Source: Magallana gigas (Eukaryota). Taken from it: a stretch of 64,000 nt of DNA. This document shows, piece after piece, positions 24,706-36,934 of this stretch. The notes under the pieces are model-generated. The model did not search any database, was not told the origin of the DNA, and saw nothing but the letters and a program-made list of their open reading frames with translations. The position numbers and the translations under genes were made by a program. Within the stretch, counting starts at the first letter, position 1. Each line of letters opens with the position of its first letter. The stretch spans positions 47,802,001 through 47,866,000 of the forward strand of contig NC_088858.1 of assembly GCF_963853765.1 (NCBI RefSeq), read 5' to 3'.

Positions 24706-25499
24706 CTTCTACTTATGTCCTGGTCTCTTTATACTAGGGAAAGATAAAAAAGATATTAGGAATATTATATTTTACATCTGCCTGGTGTGAGCAAGGCAAA
24801 GCAACATGAACAAGAGATACCCTCTCACAGTCCCAGAGGCCTACAAAAGGGAAGCTTTCAAAACAAACATGTAGATGATATGTAATGATGTACATGTATA
24901 TGTGAAAATAGTGAATAATTTAGAGAATACAAACTCCTGATGAACTTGACAATTGTTATAGTGATCCACACTATTTTTCAAGTTGAATCTTGTACTGAAA
25001 TCTCATCTAAGTTGATTTTCTTCTAAAAGTTGATTATTACTTAGAAAAACAAAACACTCAAATTTCAAATTAAAACAATTCTTTAAAAGATAAGAAAAGT
25101 GTCCCATTCTCCTGTAACCAATGGTAATTGGTTGCTTTTATCTAAGTTTAAAATTTTAAATCGTACGGAACTTTGTCAATTTGACAAATGTCTTCAATTT
25201 GGCTCAATGACCACTGACCATGATCAAATGCATGTATAGTGACTGAAAGTCGAGTCCCTGCCATAACATACATGAACACGTATAGCTACACACATGTACA
25301 CCTTCTGTGTCTCACTCTCAGCTTTTAGAAAAATATAAATAATGGAGAATAGTATAAAGTGGTTTCTCATCATTGAAAAAACTATAGTTTAATTCAATTT
25401 CATTCATTTACCTGGTAGAATATCAGAATGGCCTTCAGATCAATTACATCACTCACTGGCCGTGTGTTATTACCCAATACAGGATTCACGGTCATACTA

Positions 25500-25820
25500 A
25501 AACACGCCTGCCGACGCCTGCCGGGGAAAACACGCCTGCCGAGAGAAAACCGCACGCCTGCCGTTTACCTGATGGATTATTTTAATATTTTCTTTGATAT
25601 TTTATTTAACTTAACTAAATTAAGTATCATAATAACAAAAAGTTGACTTTATATTGATTATTTAGCACAAAATTAGCAAAAATGTTCAATGTTGGTAAAG
25701 ATAGATAACTCTTACGTAGAATTCATACGCCTGCCGAGGAAATCTAGACGCCTGCCGTTAATTTGATGGATTATTTTACTTTTTTCTTTGATATTTTATT
25801 TCTTTTAACTAAATAGATCC
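25500..25820. repeat. Imperfect ~200-bp duplication with clustered ACGCCTGCCG motifs upstream of the MTRR 5'UTR exon
   Basis: acgcctgccg occurs six times (~25503, 25514, 25531, 25554, 25727, 25747). The segments 25531-25620 and 25727-25815 are near-duplicates. Confidence 0.75.
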
Positions 25821-26414
25821 AATAGAATAAACTGAATTCAGTCAATATCATACTAGGTAAGGGAAGTAAGAGAGAAGATTAACTATTTCCGGAATAACAA
25901 TTTGAGAATGAGCCATCAGGTAGTATGACCCACGTCTATGTCTGACAAATCAAAACAAGAACAGAAATAACTACCAAAAATCACAAAAATATAATTAAGG
26001 CGCTTTGACCACCCCCCCCCCCCCCACCGGGCACCACTCCCAATGTACTGGAAACAATTTTACATGTTGTGTATCTTTAATATTATGCCTGATAATAACT
26101 ATCTAACCAATAAAGAAGCTGTAATGTATACTGTACCTAAGAATTCAAAAATGCAATCATCTCATCTGTTACACTTTTAAAGTTCGAGGGAGGGGGGGGG
26201 GGTTAGGGTGCATGTATTGCAAACAAACTTAGCATCTTTGCTAATATGTTTTACGGTGCTACCGTTCTGGCGAGCGCAGCAAGAATTACACATACTGTAG
26301 CTTGCATCATTGTCAACTTTTATTGAGGTATCAAAGAACGACAAAGAATTTTTGAGAGAGTATTGCTCTACAATAAGTATGCAATGGTACTAATTTTAAT
26401 GGTTATGATATATA

Positions 26415-26570
26415 NNNNNNNNNNNNNNNNNNNNNNNNNNNNNNNNNNNNNNNNNNNNNNNNNNNNNNNNNNNNNNNNNNNNNNNNNNNNNNNNNNNNNN
26501 NNNNNNNNNNNNNNNNNNNNNNNNNNNNNNNNNNNNNNNNNNNNNNNNNNNNNNNNNNNNNNNNNNNNNN
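26415..26570. other. Assembly gap (156 N)
   Basis: Run of N. Confidence 1.
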
Positions 26571-26814
26571 GTGTGTAATTTCCCACTTTTAAATTCTACA
26601 TAATTTTTTTTTCTGTTAATTTTTCATTTTATTCCTTTTTATTTAGTTCGAAATGTCCTATTGTTTATTTCCTCCCTACTCATATACTTACCTGCCTACT
26701 GTACATGCATGCACAATTAGTTTAAAAATGGATCGATATGACAGTAAAGTATGGCTCTTGCTAGTATATATATATATAAAATCTCTATATTAAAAAAAGA
26801 CTAAAAACAAATCA

Positions 26815-27335
26815 TATGTCAAAATGAGGCAGGTATCGCAGACTATACTTATTACAGATGTTTGATCCACCTCTAAATTTATCGCGGGAAATATCAATCG
26901 GCAATCCTCGGCTGATTCCGCTACGCTCCATACAAACGTTAATGTCGAGTGCGCGAGACATCCGAGTAGTTCCGAGTGGGGAAATATAGCGCGAGTGCAC
27001 TGTGACGTCATTTATGACTTTGTTCGTCTTTGTTTACGTTTCTCGACTCAATACGGAGGTATGGAAGCATGTAACAAATCTTTCGAGTCTCGCCAAAGCA
27101 TATGCGGTACTCAAAACGTGTCTTCAAACTTTAAGTCACCGTAAATTACGAGTTAAAAGTCGGCCATTTTTGGCATAGCACCACGGGTGAAAACATTAGA
27201 GAGCATTATGGGACGTAGACAAAAAATTTTGTTTGATGAACTGTAGGTTTAGCTCGTTCTTTTTCCCGCGCACACTGGTTCTTAAAGCTCGCTTCGCTAG
27301 CCGGCGCTGCGCGCCGGCGAGCTGCGCTCGCTAAT
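26815..27335 (+). mobile_element. Non-autonomous rolling-circle (Helitron-like) element, copy A
   Basis: Shares tgatccacctctaaat(t/g)tatcgcgggaaat with 28030-28065 and ends in a GC hairpin (gccggcgc tgc gcgccggc ... gctgcgctcgcta). Boundaries are approximate. Confidence 0.5.
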
Positions 27336-27989
27336 ATATCTATAATATGTTTTACGGTGTGACCGTTGGGGCGAGCGCAGAAGGAACCACACATCTGTCA
27401 TCATTGTTAAATGCAACCCGTGGACTTGCCCTAACCAAAAAACGTTGGCTTTGTCTCGAAAACTTACCACCGCAAGGAACCCGAAGTTATCCAATGACCC
27501 CTTCCTAGTCTTATACACTTAAACAAACTACCACTGAGCGTTAATAAAATGTTAAACAGACTTACATTGTATTAAAATATTTTGATAAACACAACGCCGT
27601 TTTTTTTTCTGTAGATACAATTATGTTTTATCTTTTCTTTACCTTTTAATAATGATCATTAAAATCAGTAAAAAAATAAATCTTGTCTGTTATTTCTCAT
27701 TTCGTTCCTTGTTGTAACCTGTGTTTTAATTATTTTCCTCTGTGACATCAATTTTGTTTTAAATCTTTTTAATTTCTGTACGCTATATAAGCGACGCTGC
27801 GTTGTAGACATGTGCCCTCAACCCTTTCTTAGTGTGTGATATCCAATATTATTTGACCACATATGCAACTATATAACAAATACATGTACCGGTAGATATT
27901 TTAACAGTTTAATTCTTTTCTTTTATCTATTCATTACAAAATGACGTGGCTGCACGTAGATCAAAACTAATCAGCCAAAGAGTCACCGT

Positions 27990-28507
<518 letters not shown>

Positions 28508-29849
28508 ATATTAGAACCATTTTAACAAGAGCTTGGACTTTGGGTAGTTGGGTGAAACAGCAATGTGGCGTAGATGTATCATGTAGGCCTGTCTATTTAA
28601 TTGCTAGCCAATCAGCCAAGGCTCTTTGAAATCAACAAAATTTGTCTGGCTTTAGAGCTTAGACTACGCAATCGGTGCATACTAGTATATCGCTTGTTTT
28701 GACGCAAGAAATCAATAGATAGCTACGTCCTAATGAAAGTCCATGGTCTTTTTATAATGGTTCTATATGGCTGGCAAATATAATTATAACGTTATTTTTG
28801 AAAGGGACATATCTACTCCAATATCTACCCACAAAACACTTGGTATCTGGCAATCATCAAACTCTAATCCATATAGTGGGCACAGTTATGGCACTTTTTA
28901 TAAATTGTTTTCCATATAATTTTTACCCATGTCCAATGGTGTATGTACAAACCCTGTGGCTCTTGCACGGGTAAATTCTTCATATCTTCTTGTGGAAAAA
29001 ATGGTCGTGATTAAAAGTATCAGTAATTTGTTATGTTGACCCCTTTATTCAAATCATTAATCGATTTGAATTCACCTCTACTTAGCAATAGATAAAAAAA
29101 ATTCATAAAAGTCCGCGGAACCACCAAGTTGTCCGAGCATTTTGATATGAATGAAGTATAAATATATAATATTTGAAAGATTGTTTCAAAATTTTCAAAC
29201 AGTTCGCAATACATCAAAATTGTGAAAGAACTAAATGATATTCATTTTATGGGGCCATTTTAGGCCCATATTAAATATAGTTCTTTACGTTTGGACGACT
29301 AGAGTTATTGCCATTCATATAACACACTATCTAACTGAGCTTAATGTATGTGAAAACAACAAATGGATAGAAAGATACAGGGTTAATTTTCTTTTGATTG
29401 CGAAAAGAAAAAAAATCACAAACATGAATCTGTCCGAATCCTTACTAATTTCTTATAAATTAAACTGATTTTCAACTATGAAAATAGGTTAGAAACAATT
29501 TAATTAAAATCAGACCTTTCAACTCGCTTTTTGTTATATCTGGTAATCGATCGCAGAGGCCAAAACGACCACGTCGAAAACAAAGAGGGAGATGAACGGT
29601 CTAACTTTTTTCATATACATGTAGTGGTACTATTAATGGTTTACAATTTCAATGTTTGAAGAAACCACCACTAAATAACAAAATTCATACCTGCGTGAAG
29701 TGGAGCATCTGTCTGTGGATGATACATGTTCGGTTTTAAATCAGACATAAACAAGTCGGGGCAATCCGAAAGCTTTATTTCTGATCAAGTCAACTTTGTT
29801 CAACAAATTATGGTTATTTTTCTGAATGGAAAACCAAGATAATCTTTAA

Positions 29850-30274
29850 GGTGGTATGGGACACCTGTCAATTTTAGTGTGGATAAAAGTACATAATCAT
29901 TATCAGAATACTTTCATCAGTTACATGTATATAATCTTCAAATTTTACAATGATTGACCAAAAAATATAAATAAAGGACGGTTTAATTTTTTTCAACGGG
30001 TGAAAATTATTTTGAAAGTTTATTTTGAACACAATTAAACGATATTTTGTTTTATAAGTTTATTCCTCCAGGATTTCCGATGGGGGAGTGGTATCCTAAA
30101 ACGAGAAAAAAAGATATCGGCGGGATTCGAACTCATTACTTACTGATTCGTAGTTAACGTTCTAACCCATTGCGCAACGCAATTAAGTATAACTTTAGGG
30201 GAAAAAACTTTTATTTTATACTTGATTTTTAAGTTTATTTCCATAGAACATATATAGAGATGTCCCATACGACC
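29850..30274. mobile_element. Kolobok-like non-autonomous element with an internal tRNA-like segment, copy 1
   Basis: ttaa|ggtggtatgggaca ... tgtcccatacgacc|ttga. Degenerate tRNA-like segment at ~30120-30180. Same family as 53724-54049 in the opposite orientation. Confidence 0.6.
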
Positions 30275-31066
30275 TTGAATTTATTGTAACACAAAACATT
30301 TACTCGCAGATAAAACAATACTGTGAAGGAACATTTTCAAAAACAAAAGCTGGATGAAAAATCAAATCACTAAATCTTTGAGGAGGCTCGGCGGTCAACA
30401 AACTATCCATCAGATCTACCTTAAATATTTACATGTATATCGCTTTTGTTTTCAACTATTGTCAAGTCAAAAAATATCTTAGATGTAAAATTTGAATTTT
30501 TTTCTTTTAGAAAATTTGAATTTTCCAGGAGGGGGCAGGTGTCCGGAACCCGACCCTCCTCTAGATCCGCAGATAGTTTGAAATTGCCGCGACCATCCAG
30601 CCCTCTTTGGTCATTAATTTTTCATTTTCCGGCATACTTGTATATGACCTCTATCAAAGAAAAAAACGCCACTTTAATTTGAAATGAAGATGCACACCGC
30701 ATTTATAACGAAACAGAACAATGCAAAATAACAGTCACTGCCTTTTTAGAGTACAAGCATTGTATGAAATAGAATTGAAAAGGGTTTTGTGCATAAATAT
30801 ACATGTATATGATATATATTTGCATAATTCATAAAATATTCGTAAGAGAAAATACATTACATGCAACAGCAATTTCTGAAAAACCAATTAAGTGTTTTTC
30901 CTTATTCTGCATAAACCAATCATTATGATTTCAATTAAATGTCTTTGTGAATAAAAGAAATAAACATAACGAGATGTACACTACATTTAAAATTAAGATA
31001 ATCTTATTGCAACAATTAATGTAAAATAGATATGCTTTAAAACATATAGAATGTGTGGATTAATGT

Positions 31067-34000
31067 TTACTCGAAAAGTATTTGGTAGTCAATTTGCCTG
31101 CCATCGTCCCAGCCTAAGATTCTACTCAGTCGTGGACTCCTATTATTATAGAAACTTATCATGGAACTATCTGCAAACGGATTGATAAAATCCAATGATA
31201 TTGGTATTGTTTTCATTTCGAAAAGATCATAAGCAAAGTCAATTGTAGTTCGTTGTACTGAAGCACTTTTTACCAAGTACAAAATTCCACAGGATATAAA
31301 CCCGTTACCATATTGACGCGAGTTCACGGGGACTTTTATCTGTCTGTATTCTCTTAAAGTACCAGGATAAAATTGCAACACATACGTATAAACAGAATCG
31401 TTCTTCTTGGAAAAAATCAGCCACAGACCATTATTATCTGCTTCTAAATCATAGTACGAGTTGCTCCCCTTATACAAAGTTCTATCGTCCTCAAAATTTG
31501 AGTCATCTACGTCACTTGCCATGACAACGGATTGCAAACGCATATCATAACACACGATCTTCATCGTTCCCTTCCAGTGATAACAAAATGTGCCGTTGTA
31601 CACAATGTGATTTGTTCCTTGAAAATAGAACTGTGTTAGGTTGTACGCAGTTATTTCCTGTGTGTTTTCTATAGACGTGTACTCCTTTAAGAATTGACCA
31701 CTCACACCTTCCGCTATCCAGATCCGCTCCGAATTCACCACCTGATCCCTCATCCAACACCCTTTAGCCGGCCCAGTTTTCATTTTAAAAAATGGAATTC
31801 CAATTTTCTTTATAAGGCAATCTATAACAGAGAAATACCAGTATTTTTTTTAACATCATAACTGATGCTTCCCATTACTTTTGTATATCATGAATCGAAT
31901 GTAAAGAGTAACTACATGTACAGATTTTGACAGGGAGACATGGATAATGAATCAATAATGCACTTAAAGTAATTTAAGAAATAAGAAATCAAGAGTGATT
32001 CTTTGTGACATTAATGAAAATGCCCATTTCAAGCCAGTGCCAGTTACTTGTATATATAGTTTTATTATGATACGGATAAAGACAGTATAAAAATAAATGT
32101 ACATGTAAATATTTAGATTTGAAACAAATATACTGACAACTTTTCCTTGGCCTGGGCGTTGTTGGAATGGGAGTTGTTGTTGTTGTTGTCGTCGTCGTTG
32201 TTGTTGTTGAAGTGCTCGTTGTGGTGGACGTTGCTATGGACACACATTACAGAAATCAAATTAATCTCTTTTAGTATTTACGTAATTATACCTTACAAGT
32301 CCAAATAAACAAAATAACGATAGAATAAAACGGTTTTCACTTAAAAATTCAATACTTGTCTGTAAACTATATCAGATCTATGTATAATGAAATTAAAGTG
32401 CATAATTATATAACTTGATGTTATTATCACGGCACCACAGTTAAGCTAGAGTTGCCTGTGATATCGGACACATACGCGTGCAGGCTACGATGTCGGTCGT
32501 CATGTCCTCTTCCTGTATCATCGTGACGGGGCTGGTTGTTGGTGGCGTTCCTTGAGTGAACAAATTAATATTAAATCACTTGTGGGAGATCTTTAGTAAT
32601 CATTTTTATTTATAATAGCTTGTGTTCTCGCTTTCACAATTAACTTAAGACAATTGTGTAAGTCTACAAAAGAAGTGCTATAATGTACATGATATACATG
32701 ATGTCCTTCGTTTGGAGATGGAGAATTTTGTCAAATTGATGGATTTAAAAAAAACGCTTCTTTTAAAACAACGTTAATATATACTGTTGTAATAAAAATG
32801 TGACAATTAAGTGCTAGGATATTTGTGACCCTGTCTTACCTAGGTATGAACAAGAACAAAGACACGTTTCATTTGACGAAGGCGACCATGCTACTCCTTG
32901 GGTCCCCTTCTCTCCGCGGTCACCCTTAGGACCGGGTTTACCATCTTCACCTTTAGAACCTGTATCGCCCTTCTCTCCTACAGAACCTTCTATCCCTCTT
33001 TCCCCTTTGGGACCTTCATTTCCTTTGTCACCTTTGGGACCTTCATTCCCTTTATCACCTTTGAGACCTTCCATTCCTCTTTCACCTTTGAGACCTGCTG
33101 CCCCTTTGAATCCAATAGGACCTCTTGGTCCTACATCTCCAGGTACTCCCTTATGTCCAGGAAATCCCATTTCTCCCTTTTGTCCGGGAAATCCCGCTTG
33201 ACCGGGAAAACCCTTTTCTCCCTTTTGTCCGGGAAATCCCGCTTGACCGGGAAAACCCTTTTCTCCCTTTAGTCCAGGAAATCCCATTTGTCCGGGAAAT
33301 CCCATATCTCCCTTTGGTCCACGAAATCCCCTTTGACCGCTCATTCCACTGTTCCCTTTCGGCCCTGGGATGCCTCGACTACCTAGCGAGTAATTCATCA
33401 AGTTTATGAAATAAATGTAATTGACCTCATTTAGTTAAAAAGGACTTAAAACTGATTTTTTTTACAGTTAAATGTCGATAAATTATGAATTTACTTGATC
33501 GAAGAAAATCAAAAAACATGCATAGATTGAATGTAAATCATTTTACCTTGATTTCCTACCTCACCTTCAAAACGAAAATCATAAAAAATTATTTAAAACA
33601 GTGACAAAATGTAAATAGTTCAAAAATCGAAAATATGTTTATTTTTTGTACGTTAATTCAAATAAATACTGTTAAAATACATACCGGAATGTTCCAATAT
33701 ACGAGGAAAACTTACCTTTTTGTCCCTTTTCGCCTAAGTTGGGAAATGAGGAAAACATAAATAAGGATTATATTTTCAATGGATGTTCATATATGTAATT
33801 ATTAAAGCAAGTCGAGAAAAAGGAGATAAAAAAGTACTCACCTATAGGCCCCTCAGGTCCGGGGTCTCCTACAATAAGTTTTCAAGAATATATTATGTTT
33901 AAGGAATGTTTTTCGTTATCATGGATTCAAAATTGTAACTTTTTACCTACTCACCCATATTGCCCTTTGCTCCTAGAAAAATAATATTTCCAATTAGTCA

Positions 34001-36934
34001 ATACTTTAAAAAACCGATCTTCATTTTTTGACCAGGAGATTGCTTTACTTATTTTTGCTGATAGTATAGTGACGCATTATGCTTAGAAGTGATGTTTGTA
34101 TGGAAGATTGGAAAAATTTCTATATTTACCAGATATGCCTTGGATTCCTGAAAATGAGAAAATTAAAGTTTCCATATGATGAAGACTATATTAAATTTTA
34201 ACCACTGTGTGTATACCCCCATAAACTAAGTTTTTAAATCGTATCATTCTATACTAGAATTTAAAGGCCACGTCATCAAGCGAACAATTAGGATCACGTG
34301 ATCTGGTGTACACATTGAAATATTATAATACAATTGGCCAGGAAAGAAAACATTCCTAACTTTTTATTGACAGAAGTCGGAAAATAACATTTAAAAGACT
34401 TTTAACAACAAATAAATTAATCTGATTACCTGGCAAACCTTGCGATCCTGTAAAAAAGAAGTACATAGAAGGTGGTATCATTATTTTCCATACCTTGCAT
34501 CATTATACACGCACGTGTAATTATAATAATTAATAATTTTATTATTATTTTTTTGTAAAGTTCAATGATAAAATGACATTTAAAAGAAGTGCATCGGGCT
34601 CCAACACAGTCTAGCATTAAAACAATAAGTAAATGTACCAGAGATTGCAATCTATGAGAGCGAGGATAAATATTTCCTTTCATTATAAGACGTTATTGAT
34701 GCGTCTAGATCCAAATAAATTTCATGAAATGACAGTAATGAATTCTTATTGAAAAATACAGAAAAAAACCCATCATGAGACAGCCATAGATATTATAGAT
34801 AAAACGGATTCATATCTTAAAAGAACATACCTATATCTCCACGTGTTCCTGCAAAAAGTACATTAAATACAGCAATATATATTCAAACAGCATATGTTGT
34901 ATACAAATCAAACCCAAAATTGTCAAATCACTGGTTATTAGAAGAGCGTCCAATAAATGTACGTCTCTAGAAAAAAAATGGTGTGTCGGGTTAACTAAAT
35001 ATTATTTTGAATACTCAGTAATATATAGTATCAAAACTTACCCGGTAATCCAGGCAAACCTATAAAGTTATTTGGAAAACTTTACTTAATGTTAAATGAA
35101 ACGCAATTGCTAAACAACACATATTACCGATACATGCACATGATCAAAGAACTGATTACATTAATTTAAATACTAGTAAGAGGATTTATTTTATCCGAAG
35201 CTCAGTTACATTTTACTTCTTAATTATACGCTTACCTTCATCCCCTTTTTCTCCTCTGCAACCTTTGATGCCTTTCCCATCGATGCCTGGTTCTCCTATC
35301 AGAAGTGAGAGAAAAGATGACAAGACGAAAATTATTGCACACAATTGTTGGATTTTATACTCCGTGCAACTTTCTTCTCAAGCTTTTCAATTACTGTTAA
35401 TCGGCATTGCTTCGTTTAGCGTTTTGGCAATCTCTCCTGTTTTTATCAGACATTCTGCATTGATTGGCAGCTTTTGATTTATTTCTCGCGTAGAATAAAG
35501 ATCTCTTATCATCAACGGTATACAGTGTATGGAAATTAAAAAGGCGTTGACTAAAAATTGTTTTACTATTGCCAGCAAATGTAGCGCTAATGCTCACCCT
35601 TGGCTCCTTTTGGTCCAGGAAATCCTGAAAAACATACCCCCCAAAAAAGTGCGGTTATAAGGATTTTAATGAATGTACATCTATACAAAAAAAGGTCATT
35701 GAACCGTAATAAATCAAAACAAAGTTTACATAATGTATGTCAATTTTGCGTAAAATTAATGCGATAGATACAATCAATAATGAAATTAACGCTTTATTTT
35801 ATATATATTTGCTTTTGAAATAATAAACTTCTTAGAAATAACTTAACAATTGATCGAAATCAAGATCAATACCCCAGCTAAACTTTAAATAAGTATTATC
35901 CCGAGTGTTCATTGCCAAATTATTTTACCTTGCAGAAATTGTAGGTCACAGTCAGAAACGACTCTCGTGCAAAATTGTTCAATTGACTACAAAAGAAAAA
36001 AAATTCTTATATCTTGAACCAAAAGCGCTTGAGGACCCCCCCCCCCCTCTAGAAAACCCCAGGGTAGTTGGTAGTTGATAGAAATTCCTTTAAAGTCATA
36101 TACAAAACATATTCCATTTTAAATATAAAAAATGAAATGTACTAGGGGTCTAAATTGGGGGGGGGGGGGGGGGGGTCCTGACCTCAAGCACCTGTGGTCT
36201 TGAATATATTATGGAACTTCTCAGTCTAAACAGGCACGTAGCATCGGGGGGAGGGGGGGGGGGGCAAGGGGGGAACTTTTTTGCGCAGCAAAGATTTTTC
36301 TTAAATTTACATACAAAAAATTGAATTACCATGGAGTTGCTCCCCCCCCCCCCCTCCCCCCACTTTTCAGTGTCCATGAAAAAATGAATTGAAAATAAGG
36401 AAACAAACAGTGAAAGTGAAGTGAAAAGTATACCCCTCCCTTCCCCTGGATTAGGATTTTCAGAATTCTGGAAAGTAACCTTTTCCCTTTTTTTTCCCTG
36501 TTCAAGATTTTTTGGATGAGTCTGCCCCCCCCCCCCCCCCCCAACTTTCAAAGACGATGCTACGTATACGTGCCTGCTAAGACATAACTTTGTAAACACC
36601 ACCCTTGACTCAATTATGCTCTGGACTAAACGATGATATCCACATATTTATTATAAAAAGAGGCCATGAAAGCGTTTTTACTACTTACCGAGTTTTTATG
36701 GGGAATGAAACTGCGCCGCAGACGATTAGTTTTCCCGCGTAATTTATTGACGTAGCTTTTGTAAATATTTATCGTCTGGTCACTAAGAGCACTAGGGGCA
36801 CAATTGTTTCTAGTGGTAAGATACAAGACTCCAGTCAGGAACGTATTCACAGAAATCAACAAATATATGATTTTAATATGCAGAGCATGATCGCTTCGAA
36901 CCTCCATTTTGTTTATGTAAGAGCTCTGTTCCAT
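31067..36934 (-). CDS. Type II transmembrane collagen + olfactomedin domain protein (colmedin / gliomedin-like), 13 exons, ~652 aa
   Basis: Minus-strand exons 36934-36689 (TM, RLRR furin site), 35986-35929, 35624-35598, 35295-35236, 34147-34130, 33972-33955, 33868-33842, 33733-33716, 33564-33547, 33382-32840 (Gly-X-Y), 32550-32476, 32233-32138 (poly-Thr stalk) and 31821-31067 (OLF: GCWMRD, GTNHIVYNG, DLEADNNGLWLIF, NGFISCGILY, WDDG). All GT-AG with continuous phase. Confidence 0.88.
36231..36576. mobile_element. Poly-G/poly-C TIR MITE (CA...TG ends) within colmedin intron 1
   Basis: caggcacgtagcatcg (36231-36246) versus cgatgctacg[tata]cgtgcctg (36555-36576). Flanks ctaaa / ctaag form a 5-bp TSD with one mismatch. 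Confidence 0.6.

Noticed and set aside
30120-30180. tRNA gene (also 5040-5095 and 53835-53898)
   Set aside because: Only box-like fragments without a full cloverleaf, each embedded in a SINE or TIR element.
32898-33409. Plus-strand ORFs overlapping the collagen exon
   Set aside because: Antisense shadows of the Gly-X-Y repeat.
36150-36602. Gly/Pro-rich ORFs (150 aa and 72 aa)
   Set aside because: Produced by poly-G/poly-C tracts of MITEs in an intron.
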